From NCBI RefSeq assembly GCF_009914755.1, contig NC_060936.1: a DNA stretch of 64,000 bases, one strand, 5' to 3'. The notes under the pieces are model-generated. The model made no database searches, was not told where the DNA came from, and saw only the letters and a program-made list of their open reading frames with translations. Shown one piece after another: positions 29,237 to 42,600 of the stretch. Each line of letters begins with the position of its first letter. Position 1 is the first letter of the stretch. This stretch comes from the human T2T-CHM13v2.0 reference genome, Homo sapiens. The position numbers and the translations under genes are program-made.

Positions 29237-30413
29237 ACAAAGCCCCAGCCACCATGTACAGCCTAAGGGACAGGTGTCCCACTGAGGCCAGGAGTACCCT
29301 CCTCCCCGCTCCCTCCACCCTCTATGCATGCACACATTGTAGTTTTTTCAGAAGTTCCCCCAAATTACTTTCTTGCTAATCTGCCTGTCTTTTCTTGTCT
29401 CCCTAGCAGTTCCTTCACAGACACAGGACAGAAAAGAAGGGTGGGATTCCCCACTGGAAAGCTGTTTCCACATTTAATTGATCTGTAATTCATAGTGGCC
29501 CCAGCTCTGAAGCCCACTCTGGCCTTAACCCATCGTTCAGCCAAATACTTAATGACCTGTAAACAACACAACAGCTGTTCACAGGGGTCCATATAGTCAA
29601 AAGACCCCGAGGTGAATCTTTTGTAAGGCAAAGCATCTTTTTGTGTGTGATGCAGAATCCCTTCCTCTAATTTATCTGCTTTATAGGTTAGTGCACTCCA
29701 GGGCTCTCCAACCATAAACGTAACATTTGTAGTTAGAGTCATAGAAGAATGCTGATGAGATTTCCAGTTAAATTCAGACAAAATGGGGTCCGATTTTCTC
29801 ATGGTGGCAGAGTGGCTGTTAACATCCCATCCTTCACCTCTGTTTCACGTTAAAGATCAGTGCTTTAATTGTTCTAGCTAGCAAGGAACCAGATGCCCCT
29901 CCTCTTTAACAGAGAAACACACATTTCATTTGCCCAATTTTTCTTTGACCCCAAGAGAAGGGTAAGACCCTTTGTAGGGAAAGCACTAAATTCGGAGTGA
30001 GAGGCTTGGGGAGAAGGTGCCCTATAGCAGCCAAACAGAGGGAGAGCGCAAATGCCAGGTAGAGGCTACGATTGTCCAACTCGTTCATTAAACTTCTGAG
30101 AATGCAATGTATGGTAGGAATGCTTTATCTCCATTAATAGAAGTATTATGCCACAAGGAGAAAAACATTGTATGAATAAACAAAGACAAATAGGCTGTTG
30201 TAAAAGGAGTAGTGTTTTGATAACTTCCATTTCTATTGTTTCTCTTGTACTGAAAAGACATATGTTCATCATAAAAATTTTGAAAAGTATAGAAAAATAC
30301 AAAAAAAAAATCCAAAAATACAAAGCCCCAGCCACCCTGTACAGCCTAAGGGACAAGCATCCCGCTGAGGCCAGAAATGCCCTCCTCCCTGCTCTCTCTA
30401 CCCGCTATGCATG
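29237..30413 (+). repeat. Dispersed 94-bp direct repeat (29237-29330 and 30320-30413)
   Basis: Ungapped hand alignment gives 12 mismatches in 94 bp. Confidence 0.95.
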
Positions 30414-30560
30414 TCTTTTTTTCTGGGCATATATGCACTATAACAATTGATCACATTGGACAGGTGAAACTTGCTTTTCACTTAACATGTAGTGAATATT
30501 TCCCATGCCATTTAATATTATTTTATAACCACAACTTTATGGCTATATGATACATTTTTA
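30250..30560 (-). mobile_element. Ancient L1M fragment
   Basis: 'aaaattttgaaaagtatagaaaa' and 'cttgcttttcacttaacatgtagtgaatatttcccatg', typical of L1ME 3' ends. Confidence 0.55.
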
Positions 30561-30591
30561 GGATATTAAAACAACTTTTAAAAATAAACAT

Positions 30592-30722
30592 GCTGGGCTT
30601 CATACCTAGGTGATGAGTTGATAGGTACAATACACCACCATGACACACATTTACCTATGTAACAAACCTGTACATACTGTGCATGTACCCCAGAACTTAA
30701 AAAATAATCAATCAATCAATCA
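30592..30722 (+). mobile_element. 5'-truncated L1PA/L1PB 3' end with (ATCA)n tail
   Basis: 'tttacctatgtaacaaacctgtacatactgtgcatgtaccccagaacttaaa'; TSD aataaacat. Confidence 0.85.
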
Positions 30723-30884
30723 ATAAACATTCTTTAGTAGTGATGAGCATACTTTAACTCTGTGCTCATCCATTATTTTCTTAGGATAAACTTGTAAAAA
30801 AATTTCTGTTTTCTAAAGCTGTATTTGTCTCAAGTGAAGGGGAAAAAGACTCACTAAGCCCTGTTTGCTAGTTATTAATACCAG

Positions 30885-31050
30885 GGGGCAGCATAGAATA
30901 GTATTTTAAAAGCCTGGGTCTGTAGTCAAACCATCCCCATTTAAACCCCACTTCTACCCTCTGGATGCTTGGTTTCCTCATCTGTATAATGAGGATAATA
31001 ATGGTGCCTGTGCTCTAGGGTTGCTGGGTGATATAAATGAATTCATATAG
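30885..31050 (+). mobile_element. MIR
   Basis: 'gtttcctcatctgtataatgaggataataatggtgcct'. Confidence 0.7.
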
Positions 31051-31375
<325 letters not shown>

Positions 31376-33412
31376 CACACACATCTGACTCATTATGATA
31401 CTGCCTCCTTTTAATTCCACCAATGGCTCAGTTAGGTGGGCACTATTATGGCTATATCTGGAAGCACATGTGCAGAAATGAGAAGTAAATTACCCAGGGT
31501 GGCCAAACTCAGATGCCATGTGTCAGCTGCAAAATTCATTCTTTCCCCCATTATACTATAATTATTAATTTTATCTATGTGGAAACCCAATTTAGATACT
31601 GAGCTCTGGAAGTAAAGGTTTTCAACCTCACTTCAAATCTCTGCCTAAGTATAGCTGCCTCAAAAAGAAGTGACTGTCTGGCATACCACTGTAAGCCTCC
31701 TGGCTCTTGTCACAAACTTATCTTTTGAACTTACATTTTTATTGTCTGTCTTCCCCACTAGAATGTATGCTCTCTGAGAGGGAGTTGTGTTGTTTAAATG
31801 ATTTAGCACCAAATCTGGCACCTGGAAAACTTGTGTCAAATAAATATATCTTATCATTCAATTATGTATATAGCCTAAAATGCCAGATCATTGTCAAATT
31901 ATCTCTTTTTGTTTAAGCTATTAAGATTATCTACATGTATCAGATCACCTGGATAACTGACAACTTTTCCTTTCACTTTTTACTAAAAGCACCTTTGATT
32001 TTTTCATAAAGAGCATCAAATTATAAGTACATTGATAAATATATTGATAAAATCATAAGCTACAATAGGTATACAAAACACATGATTGTCAGTGGTGAAT
32101 GTAGTGTTTTTCTCTTCTATCCAATTCTTTTCAGCAATCTTCTCCCGAAAGGAAAAGGACTCAAATATAAATACTTTCCTAGAAACCCTCTCATTTCCTG
32201 AAGCCCAGAGTTATACTTGCCCAGTACAGACTGTGTATACAGGGCAGGTTGGCTGACTGATCCATCTCACAACTGGATCATTCCATAGGCAATAGCAAGT
32301 ACAATCAGACTTCAAACCCTTTGCTTTGCCTAATTTTCTTCGTTGCTTTTTCTTCCTCTATCTCTTTCAGAATTCCCACTTATTCTTCAAGTGTTATGTG
32401 AATATCTATTCTCTGTAAAGCCTGCTCTTACTTCCCTTCTACCCTGGGAGAGAATTTGGCTCTGTTCATTGTACTTCTTTGGCACAATGTACGTAATGTG
32501 ACTATGGCTCTGAGGACATTATATTGCATTTTAAAAAATTTGTGTTCTCATGTAGACTGAGATTCTTGAGGACAGGGATCATTGCTTACAATGTTGCATA
32601 GCATATTAGAGGTTCTGCTGAATGAATGAACTATATGTGTGAGTATGTGTACTTAGAGTTTGTTAAGTGAGTAACAGGAAGCTAGGGGAGATTTTAAGTA
32701 AGGGAGATTTTAAGTAAGTAACCAATGTATGGCTTAGGAGTACATGTTTGACTGTCCGTTACTCTACCCAAATCCTGGCATTCTGGCTTGTAGGCATGTG
32801 CTTAATTGCTAAAACTTACTCTTTCAATCTTAGACATTTCATTTGAAAAAATTTTGTTTCCTTGTTTGGTGCTTCTGTAGCCTGGCTCTTCTCTCCAAAG
32901 ATTGTAATTTATTTACTTTTTTCCCTCAAATTTCCTTATACATTGGGTGATATTTTACCTTCTTATTGGTACTTCCACTGTCAGAAAACACTCATCTTTT
33001 TCAACACTGAAACCAGTTGACTATAGGAAGTGGGTGGAGAATGTCGTGCCACACACTGCTCAGTAGGGTTAGGAGCTACCATGCATGATTTCAAGTTTCA
33101 AGGGGATTCCAAGCAGCCAATGCATACTGTTTCTATCATTGTTTTTCCTTCATCCACTGAAAGCCTTAAGAGTAAGGTCTATGTCTTATTCATTGCCGTG
33201 TCCCCAGCGTCCATTAAAGTGTCTGGGATCTAGTAGATACTAGGAAAAAAAAGTATTTAATAACGAATGACTAACTGATCAAAGGAAGGAATGAGGCTTC
33301 TGAGCTGGAGAACATATTTGATTTTGAGTAACTCTGATACTCCCCAAAAGGGTGAAGGTGGCAGGAGCTGAAATCTTGTCAGTATTTAATAAGGCTCTGA
33401 GGCTCATATTAC

Positions 33413-34042
33413 TGTCAGAGGCATTCGAACCAGAGCAACTCCATCTTGAATAGTGGCTGGGTAAAATGAGGCTGAGACCCACTGGGCTGCATTTCCCTGA
33501 GACAGGCATTCTTAGTCACAGGATGAGATAGGAGGTAGGCAGGAGATAAAGGTCACAAAGGCCTTGCTGATAAAACAGGTTGCATTAAAGAAGCCAGCCA
33601 AAACCCACCAAAACCAAGATGGAGATGACAGTGACCTCTAGTCGCCCTCACTGCTCATTACATGCTAATTATAATGCACTAGCATGTTAACGGACACTCC
33701 CACCAGCGCCATGGCAGTTTACAGATGCCATGGCAACATCTGGAAGTTACCTTGTAGAGTCTAAAAAGGGGAGGAACCCTCCATTCTGGGAATTTCCCTT
33801 TCCCAGAAAACTCATGAATAATCCACCCCTTGTTTAGCATGTAATCAAGAAATAGCTATAAGTGTCCTTAGTCCAGCAGCCCAAGCTCTGCTCTGCCTAT
33901 GGAATAGCCATTCTTTTATTCCTTTACTTTCTTAATAAACTTTTTTTCACTTTATTCTGTGGATTCGCCTTGAATTCTTTCTTGCGTGAGATCAAGAATC
34001 CTCTCTTGGGGTGGTCTGGATCGGGACCCCTTTCTGGTAACA
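33413..34042 (+). mobile_element. MER41B solo LTR (ERV1)
   Basis: TGTCAGAGGC...GGTAACA termini; retains the GAS-bearing segment after 'aaaaggggagg'; near-TSD ttac/ctac. Confidence 0.9.
33784..33808. promoter_or_regulatory. Tandem GAS (STAT-binding) motifs inside MER41B
   Basis: TTCTGGGAA (33784-33792) and TTCCCAGAA (33800-33808) both fit TTCNNNGAA. Confidence 0.7.
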
Positions 34043-34642
34043 CTACCATTAAAGAAAATGGTTCTGGAGCCTTTGGAGAACTCTTTGGCAAGAAGTCCGG
34101 TAAGTCCGTGAAGTTCATCTTTCCTCACAGGGAGTTTACCAACTTGAATGCATGTTTTGCATTACTGAGTTGACTGGAGATGTCATTTGCAGACTTTCGC
34201 TTTGGAGTTAAAGTCAACAACATCATTCTTGCATTTTAAATGAGCTCATGTTTGCCCTGTTCCCATCAATTCCTCTTTCTTCCTCTGCTGTTTTCCCGTT
34301 TAAGTTAAGGTTCTTTGCAGAGAAGAGGAGAGGCAGAGAGGGAGGAGTTCTGCGGCTACTGCCACGTTTTCATGGAGGATGAATGTTCCCTGGGACAGAT
34401 GGGAAGGAAGGTGACACATCAGCGTTCCTGAATCCTGGGAGTGGGCTGCAGTTATGTGGGAGATCTGGCAAACTTGCCCGAAGCTAAGCTCTTAACGCTG
34501 TTTGCTAGTTGCTGACTTCTTGTTAAATAGCTCTAATTGTAGACACTATTCCAAGATGAACTATGTTTTATATATATTAAATTGTACACTATTAGATTTC
34601 ATGTTGGTCCCCAGAGATAGTTTTAGGCCGATCATGCCTTTA

Positions 34643-34686
34643 AACAAACAAACAAACAAACAAACAAACAAACAACAACAACAAAA
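34643..34686. repeat. (AAAC)n/(AAC)n microsatellite
   Basis: Read directly. Confidence 0.9.
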
Positions 34687-35544
34687 ACATACCCGGGAGG
34701 CTCTGCCTGGTTTCACAGCTGGGCCCTGGCCTGTGGGTTTCAGCCTGTGATGGACTCTTAGGTAAAATCGACCTGAGCTTCCAGCCTTGTGTTGCATGTT
34801 GTGCATCCTTCACTTTCGCAGACACTTTATTTTCTCAACATCCTATTGATATTTAGGAGACAGAGTAGCTGCAGTGATGTGTCACAGACACTCAGGAACT
34901 TTACAACACCCAGGACGCTGGATTTCTGGTCTGGAAGATGGTGAGTAGTAGGAGCTGCCTTTACTGAGAGCCTGGCTTTAAATTGTTCTTTAGGCTAAAG
35001 GAACCACAGCCAAAAAAACAGATTGAGGTGGTGCTGCTTCTGCTGATGACACAGGCTTTCTGATGGCCCGAAGGAGCAGTTCTCTCTCCTGGGTCTGTGG
35101 GGCACAACTGAAGGAAATCACTCGCTACATCTCAATCAGACCTTTTCTTCTCACTCCTCTTCACTGACACAAATTCTCACAGAAAGTTTACAAAAAAAAA
35201 AAAAATTATCAGAGCGTTTAAGAAGCCTTACTCCATGTGAATTATAATTTAGTGGGATCATTTTCCAGCGGATTTCTGAGAGAAAAAGGGTGCTTCTTTA
35301 TAGGTCCCCAAGTTACACATTTAATCTTTCTATTATGTTGGGATTCTAGGTGGTTTACACTTATTTAAGCTTCGTTGGTCACAATTTTTTTTTCTAATGG
35401 CTAAAATAATGCTGGTTTTTCACGTCCTGTCATCCCACCCCATTTCCTAGTTTAGTGTTCCCTGTTCAGTCACTCGGTGGTCACTATTATCCTGTATCTT
35501 CCCAGTATGTGACTACTCTCTCACCCTTTATTTTCAAAAACAAA

Positions 35545-35842
35545 TTTTTATTTTTATTTTAGTAACAGAGTCTCGCTGTATCACCAGGCTGGAATGCAGT
35601 GGCGCAATCACGACTCACCGTAGCCTCGACCTCCTGGGCTCAAGGGATTCTCCTGCCTTGGCCTCCTGAGTAGCTGAGACTACAGGTGTACATTACGTTG
35701 CCCAGCTAATTCTGAATTTTTTTTGTAGAGACAAGGCTTTGCTATGTTGTCCAGGCTGGTCTTGAACTCCTCGCCTTAAGTGATTCTTTCACCTTGGCCT
35801 CCCAAAGTGCTGGGATTACAGGTGTGAGCCACTGCACCCGGC
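35545..35842 (-). mobile_element. AluJ
   Basis: J-type features ('agcctcgacctcctgggctcaag'). Confidence 0.9.
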
Positions 35843-35880
35843 ATCACCCTTTCTTAATGGTGGGCTTCCAGCAGTGATAT

Positions 35881-37151
35881 TGTGTCCGGAATTGGTGGGT
35901 CCTTGGTCTCACTGACTTCAAGAATGAAGCCGTAGACCCTCGCGGTGAGTGTTACAGTTCTTAAAGGCTGCATGTCCGGAGTTTTTTCCTTCTGATGTTC
36001 GAATGTGCTTGGAGTTTCTTCCCTCTGGTGGGTTCGTGGTCTCGCTGGCTCAGGAGTGAAGCTGCAGACCTTTGCGGTGAGTGTTACAGCTCTTAAGGTG
36101 GCACGTCTGGAGTTGTTCGTTCCTCCCTGTGGTTCGTGGTCGCACTGGCTTCAGGAGAGAAGCTGCAGACCTTCACAGTGAGTGTTACAGCTCATAAAGG
36201 CAGTGTGGACCCAAAGAGTGAGCAGCAGCAAAATTTACTGCAAATAGCTAAAGAACAAAGCTTCCACAGTGGGGAAGGCCACTGGCGGGGGTTGCCACTG
36301 CTGGCTCTGGCAGCCTGCTTTTATTCTCTTATCTGGCCCCACCCACATCCTGCTGATTGGTCCATTTTACAGAGAGCCCAGTGGTCTGTTTTGAGAGGGC
36401 ACTGACTGGTGCATTTACAATCCCTGAGCTAGACACAAAGGTTCTCCACGTCCCCACTAGATTAGCTAGATACAGAGTGTGGACACAAAGGTTCTCCAAG
36501 TCCTCACCAGAGTAGCTAGACACAGAGTGTCGATTGGTGCATTCACAAACCCTGAGCTAGACACAGGGTGCTGATTGGTGTGTTTACAAACCTTGAGCTA
36601 GATACAGAGTGCCGATTGGTGTATTTACAATCCCCTAGCTAGACATAAAGGTTCTCCAAGTCCCCACCAGACTCAGGAGCCCAGCTGGCTTCACCCAGTG
36701 GATCCTGCACCAGGGCCGCAGGTGGAGCTGCCTGCCAGTCCTGCCCCGTGTGCTCGCACTCCTCAGCCCTTGGGTGGTCGATGGGACTGGGCACCGTGGA
36801 GCAGGGGCAGCACTCGTCAGGGAGGCTCTGGCCGCACGGTAGGGGCGGGGGGTGGGTTGGGGGGAAGGCTCAGGCATGGTGGGCTGCAGGTCCTGAGCCC
36901 ACACCCACCCAGAACTCATGCTGGCCCACCAGCACTGTGCGCAGCCCCCGTTCTAGCCCGCGCCTCTCCCTCCACACCTCCCTGCAAGCTGAGGGAGCTG
37001 GCTCCTGCCCTTGCCAGCCCAGAAAGGGGCTCCCACAGTGCAGCAGCAGGCTGAAGGGCTCCTCAAGCGTGGCCAGAGTGGGAGCCCAGGCTGAGGAGGC
37101 CCCGAGAGTGAGCAAGGGCTGTGAGGGATGCCAGCACGCTGTCACCTCTCA
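35881..37151 (-). mobile_element. LTR12C-type (ERV9) solo LTR
   Basis: Minus strand reads TGAGAGGTGACAGCGTGCTGGC...CCAATTCCGGACACA; ~41-bp CCAAT-containing repeats; U5 repeats (ggtgagtgttacag); near-TSD atat/gtat. Confidence 0.93.
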
Positions 37152-37565
37152 GTATGGGAATCTGATCCTTCCCTCCCTGGCCACGGCTGATTAGGTCAAC
37201 GGTGTGCACCTGGGCCAATTAGAACTTTTTTTTTTTTTTTCCCCTGGGTTTCTAAGGAAGCTCTGTCTCTCTGTGAGACTGAAACTTTGGAATTATGGGC
37301 AGCCATTTCATATTCACTGGGTGGACAAGTATCATCACATTAAGAAGGATGAAGTGAAGGGTTGTGAGGAGACATGGAGAAAGCTTTCACCCCTCTTCCC
37401 TCCCTGTTCTAGTCTTCCTGAGGCCTCGCTGTCTTCCTGTTCTTGGGTTATATGAATCACCTCTGTATCTTTATGATAAATCTCCTTCTCCTACCTTGTT
37501 TTTTTGGCTCTAGCAAGTGTGAAGTTTTCTTCTGTTGCTTCTAATCAAAAGAATCTTCACTAGTC
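37152..37565 (+). mobile_element. Old MLT1 LTR remnant flanking LTR12C
   Basis: 'ggtgtgcacctgggccaatt' and end 'tctgttgcttctaatcaaaagaatc'. Confidence 0.5.
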
Positions 37566-38684
37566 TGCATTTGTCGAGTCAGTGTTGCAGTTGGCATTGT
37601 CACCACTCCAAGAAGCAGATAAAGATACAGAGGGGAAGAGGGAAAAGTGTAAACACACAGTTCCTCACCAAGCTGGGAAATGGGAGGTTTTCTTCTTTTT
37701 TTCTTTCACAGTCATAGACTCATTCCTTGAGGGGAAATTTGTGGCGTGTGCAAGAGGTGGGAGACCAGAGCCAAGGACTGCAAATAATAAAGAGCACGAA
37801 GTAGCTACAATCAGGAAAGAAACAAGGATCTAAAAGGCAGAGTCAAAGTTGAAAGTTTCACATATGGGAATGGGCACCCAACAGAAAGATCTTGGTCTTC
37901 TTAGGCAGATAAAATGCTGAGTCTTGGGCCCCTCCCTAGGGATCTAAGGACTCAGGAATGATTTATTCTTGAAAGGCTGATTAAGATGTTTTGAAATTTG
38001 CATATTGGCATCTTTTTGCATACCAGGAAAACTAAGAGGACCTTGAAAGTGTTTTGATAATCACCACTCTCTTTTCCCCTTTTGACATGGATAATTCATA
38101 TCCCATTTTCATGTGACTAATTCAAATATGATTATTATCCAAACAAAAATATTCTTGTACTTTCATTACTGGAAAATAACTTTCTGCTTGTCAGAGCCAA
38201 GTTGAGGAAAAGTCAGCATTGTCTGTTTCTCATAAAGCACATTCTTTCTCTGTCTCATGCCAAAATTCTGTCTCAGTTGGAAATAAAGTGGACAAATCTT
38301 CACTGTGGCTGATCTATAGCTTTATAAGAGAAGGAATATATTATGATTCTAACTCTGTCCTTGGGACTTGCTGTTCTGATTTCAGGTTACATGAGTAAAA
38401 TATTTAAAAATCAGGGAGAGTACATATTCAGAATATGGGCATAAAATGGAAATGTTAGATAATTTTTTATTTTTGACATTAAAATGTTTTTCATAAATTA
38501 ACATAAACAAAAATCACAGAATGGTTTTTACTTTTACTTAGGAAGAGCAATGCAAATAAATGTTATTCACACATTGTATCAGGCAAAAATGCAAATGTTC
38601 TCCCCAACTAACACCATTAAAAATATTGCCTCTCACAAGTTTCTCCTGGCAAAAGTTAGTTTCAAATCTACAATTTAAATATTA

Positions 38685-39133
<449 letters not shown>

Positions 39134-39569
39134 ACCAATAATAAATATTATGTGCACAGGGGTGAAATACAGATGCTTCTTTCACTAATATAGGCTGCTC
39201 TGTCTTATGCTTTGTGTTAGTAGATGCATTTGAGTAGACCATATTCTGTTTTTATCTTCCTTCCCAACCTGAAATGAGCAAATGTTTCATGGGTTTTTCC
39301 TTCTCCTTTTGGTTTCCCCTCATTACACATTTTGCCAGATGGCCAAGGAGTTTCATCTGGAAAAGAATTTTCCATAATAATAGATCATTTGGTACTCACG
39401 GCCAACGATCCCACTTCCCCCTGCCATCTACAGGAACCATGGGATGGAGTAAAGTGGCAAATGAGTCATGCCTGGCAGAGCCTAGAGGAGGGGGAAAGAC
39501 ACAGCAAGCAAGGGGAGGCTTGGCTTGTCAAAGACCTGACCGAGAGTCCTAGGATAGTAAGAGCTGAGT

Positions 39570-39571
<2 letters not shown>

Positions 39572-39614
<43 letters not shown>

Positions 39615-39638
39615 TGTGTGTGTGAGAGAGAAAGAGAG
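39572..39638. repeat. (TG)n-(GA)n compound microsatellite
   Basis: Read directly. Confidence 0.95.
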
Positions 39639-42600
39639 TGAACCTATGTACATCCTCAGGAGATACTGTGTGTGTAAGTATTTTGGAGTGTGTAGCTGCA
39701 GGTCATTCTGACAGATGCAGAACATGTGTGGCACAACTTTGTATGGCGAAGAGGAGGACTGGGGGAAGACAGGAACATCAATGTGCTGCAAAATGAGATG
39801 AGGCTGAGATCCTGGGTGTGTAAGCAAGGGCCTGGTCAAGGAAGCTGTAAAGAAGTGCAAGGGTAAAAGGAAAACTTCCTCTTTGTCCTCAGAAGGTTCA
39901 AATCACTCCACAAAAGGCAGGCTAATTGGAGAAAGAGTATGCTAATTTATCATTAATGTTTACATTGTAGATGGGAACACTTCAGAATGAAGACCCAACT
40001 CCCCACTGGGGTGCAGAAGCTTATATGCCATCTCAAGATGACAGAAAGAATGGGGACTTGGTGCATGGCCAAAAACAAGTTGTGATGGTAAATCGGGTTT
40101 TAGTGGCAAGACAGGTTATGGGAAGGAGAGAACAGGAGACTTGGCTAGCAAAAGTGATCTTATTATGTAAATGGAACCTCAGAGGTAGCAGTCCTCAGTG
40201 AGATTAAATGGTAAATTTCCCCCCCGCCCAGTCCTTTAAAGATGTCAGACTCTCAGTTAATGTTTGCTGGGTCTGGATGAGGGAGTGTCTGGCTGCATCA
40301 ATGCAGATTTTCTACAGATGCAAATTTTCTCCACAAACCACAGGTTTGGAGGGTGCTACTTCATTTTGCTGGCTCTCTGGTAGCCATCTCAAAAATATGT
40401 CAAAGAAGTGTATTTTGAGGAAAAATATTTTTCTTTCCTTCAGACTCCACTTTGAAACGTTAAAAAATTTTCACATATTAAAAACCAAGTTGATCCCACT
40501 GGAGGGATTTGGGCTAGATGTTGCTAGACAAAGGAGTGGAGACAAATTGGGATAAACACAAAAGAACGACTTTAAATATATCAACCCATATCTTCTTTAA
40601 TCAGCCTCTTAGCCCTGAGAATAGATCAGTTTAGTTAAATGGCTGTGTCCCATTCTAAGAGGTGGCATTGCAGATAGGATAGGCCTCTACATATGATGTA
40701 GGCAAACAGATCTTTAATAAGAGGCATTTCTATGGAAAAAGAAGAAAAAGGTTAATATCTGGAGTACTCTATAGACTAATTTTTCTAGAGTCTCTGAAGC
40801 ATCTTCAAATTGCAATGTCAATCTGACAGATTTTTCTGGATTGTAGTTTGAATTAAGTGTTCAAGTAAACTTTCTGAGTAGTCCATACATCAGGAGGTGA
40901 GAAGATGATTTATAAAAGTTGCTTGGATTTCTCCTGAAGTTCATTTAAGTTGCTTAGCTTCAGTTTGCAAGGCTTTAAGAAAAGCACAGTTTTAGTGTCT
41001 AGTGATTCCAAGTCAGGAAAACGAAAGAAACATTTGGAAATATTAGTTTGGAGACGTGTGGCCAGAAAAAAATTCAGAATTCAATCCAAAGTGTAGGCAT
41101 ATAATAAAAACTCAAAAATAATGGACACAGCTGGAATCTCATAACAGGTATACTCTAGTTTTCTTTTGGAACATAATTTTTATTTCTACGGTCCTCTATT
41201 TCTACCAAAGACAAATTACAGTAGGACAAATGTATTTTCAAGATAAGTTTTAGTCTTATTATACTTGGCCTGGTTATTTGCATAAAGTGCAGCAAGAATT
41301 GTGATTGGCTATATAGGCTTTTTTATTTTTATTTATTTTTCTTCTTCTTTTAGAGATGGGATTCTTACTATGTCATTCAGGCTGCATATAAACTCTTTTA
41401 AGACTGACTTTGCTGGAACTTTTTCATAAGGAATCTCAGATTAGACTTTTAAAAGCCTCAAGGCTAGAAGCCATGCCAAGGATTTGCCATCAGACTATTG
41501 CAATATCTGTATGAATTGGGTGAGTTCCTCTTTCCTCAAAGTGCTCAAATAATTTGAGGTTCCTGGGACTGTCAGAAAGTGACATTCCTTAGTTACCAAA
41601 GGTCAGGGAACTTGTAAAGGAACCTTGCAGACAACATACCAGACCAGCCTTTCCAAGAAGCTTTTTTTGAGCTTTATAAGTCAACCTTAATTCCTCAAAG
41701 CAGTCTGGTCATTATGGAAAATATGCCATTCCAGTTAAATGCTTTGTAAAGTAACCAGTATCTCCAATTGTGTCCTGTTAGAGAAACAAACAAACAAACA
41801 AACATAAATACAACAGATCTTTATTGAATTTATGCAAATAACTATATTGCTATAAATTAAAAATATAGTTTCCAAATTCTGGAGAAATGAGTTAGAGAGA
41901 AATATAAAAGCTTCAGGTTTTGCTCACAAAATATACTTTACCCAATTTGTTGTAAGCTTGAGTAGCTCAAAAGAAAAAGTTTTCTTGACCCTGGAAGACA
42001 AAACGTTAAAAAAAAAAGCAGTGTTTCAAACAAAAGGAATCATAAAACATCATTTTAGTCCTCTGTTAGTTCAGTCCCATGTAATTAATTCTTGTTTTGC
42101 CTGATGTTGGGCCAGCAATTCTCATGAATGCTGGAAGTTTTTATTTATTCCAATGGTATAATCTCTAAAGCTATCAGAAACCTGAATAAGAGTACTTGTC
42201 AGAGCCTTTTCCACACATTTTCTTAAAGAAGCAATTTTATACTGTAGCTGATTATAAACCACTTTTTGAGAAGAATCATAGTAAAACAATAATTGTCTGT
42301 GGATGACAAAAATCTTAGAATAACTATGGCTAATGACATTTGACAAGGACATTTGGTTATTTCTATGACATGCAATAATGTAACATAATAATCATAATTA
42401 TTATTAACATATACTAAAATATATCAGAATTTTAGAAATCTCATAATTTTGGAATATATATTAATAATGCATTTACACAAATACAATGCAAAGAAAGTTA
42501 AACACCATTTCATATTTGACAATGCTTCCTGTATGATTTTAACATACTAAATAATCCTAATATAGCTCGTTTGAACTTCCAGGGGGCGTAATATAAATAA

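Noticed and set aside
29365-29802. 145-aa minus-strand ORF
   Set aside because: No recognisable homology or convincing exon context; plausibly chance. A BLASTP/PhyloCSF check would settle it.
36136-37194. ORFs and ~41-bp tandem units that could be mistaken for an array
   Set aside because: Normal internal structure of LTR12; no unique spacers and not CRISPR.
41290-41340. Minus-strand AATAAA cluster in the provirus as a possible lncRNA 3' end
   Set aside because: Lies in an A/T-rich Alu-like tail; a transcript cannot be supported from sequence alone.
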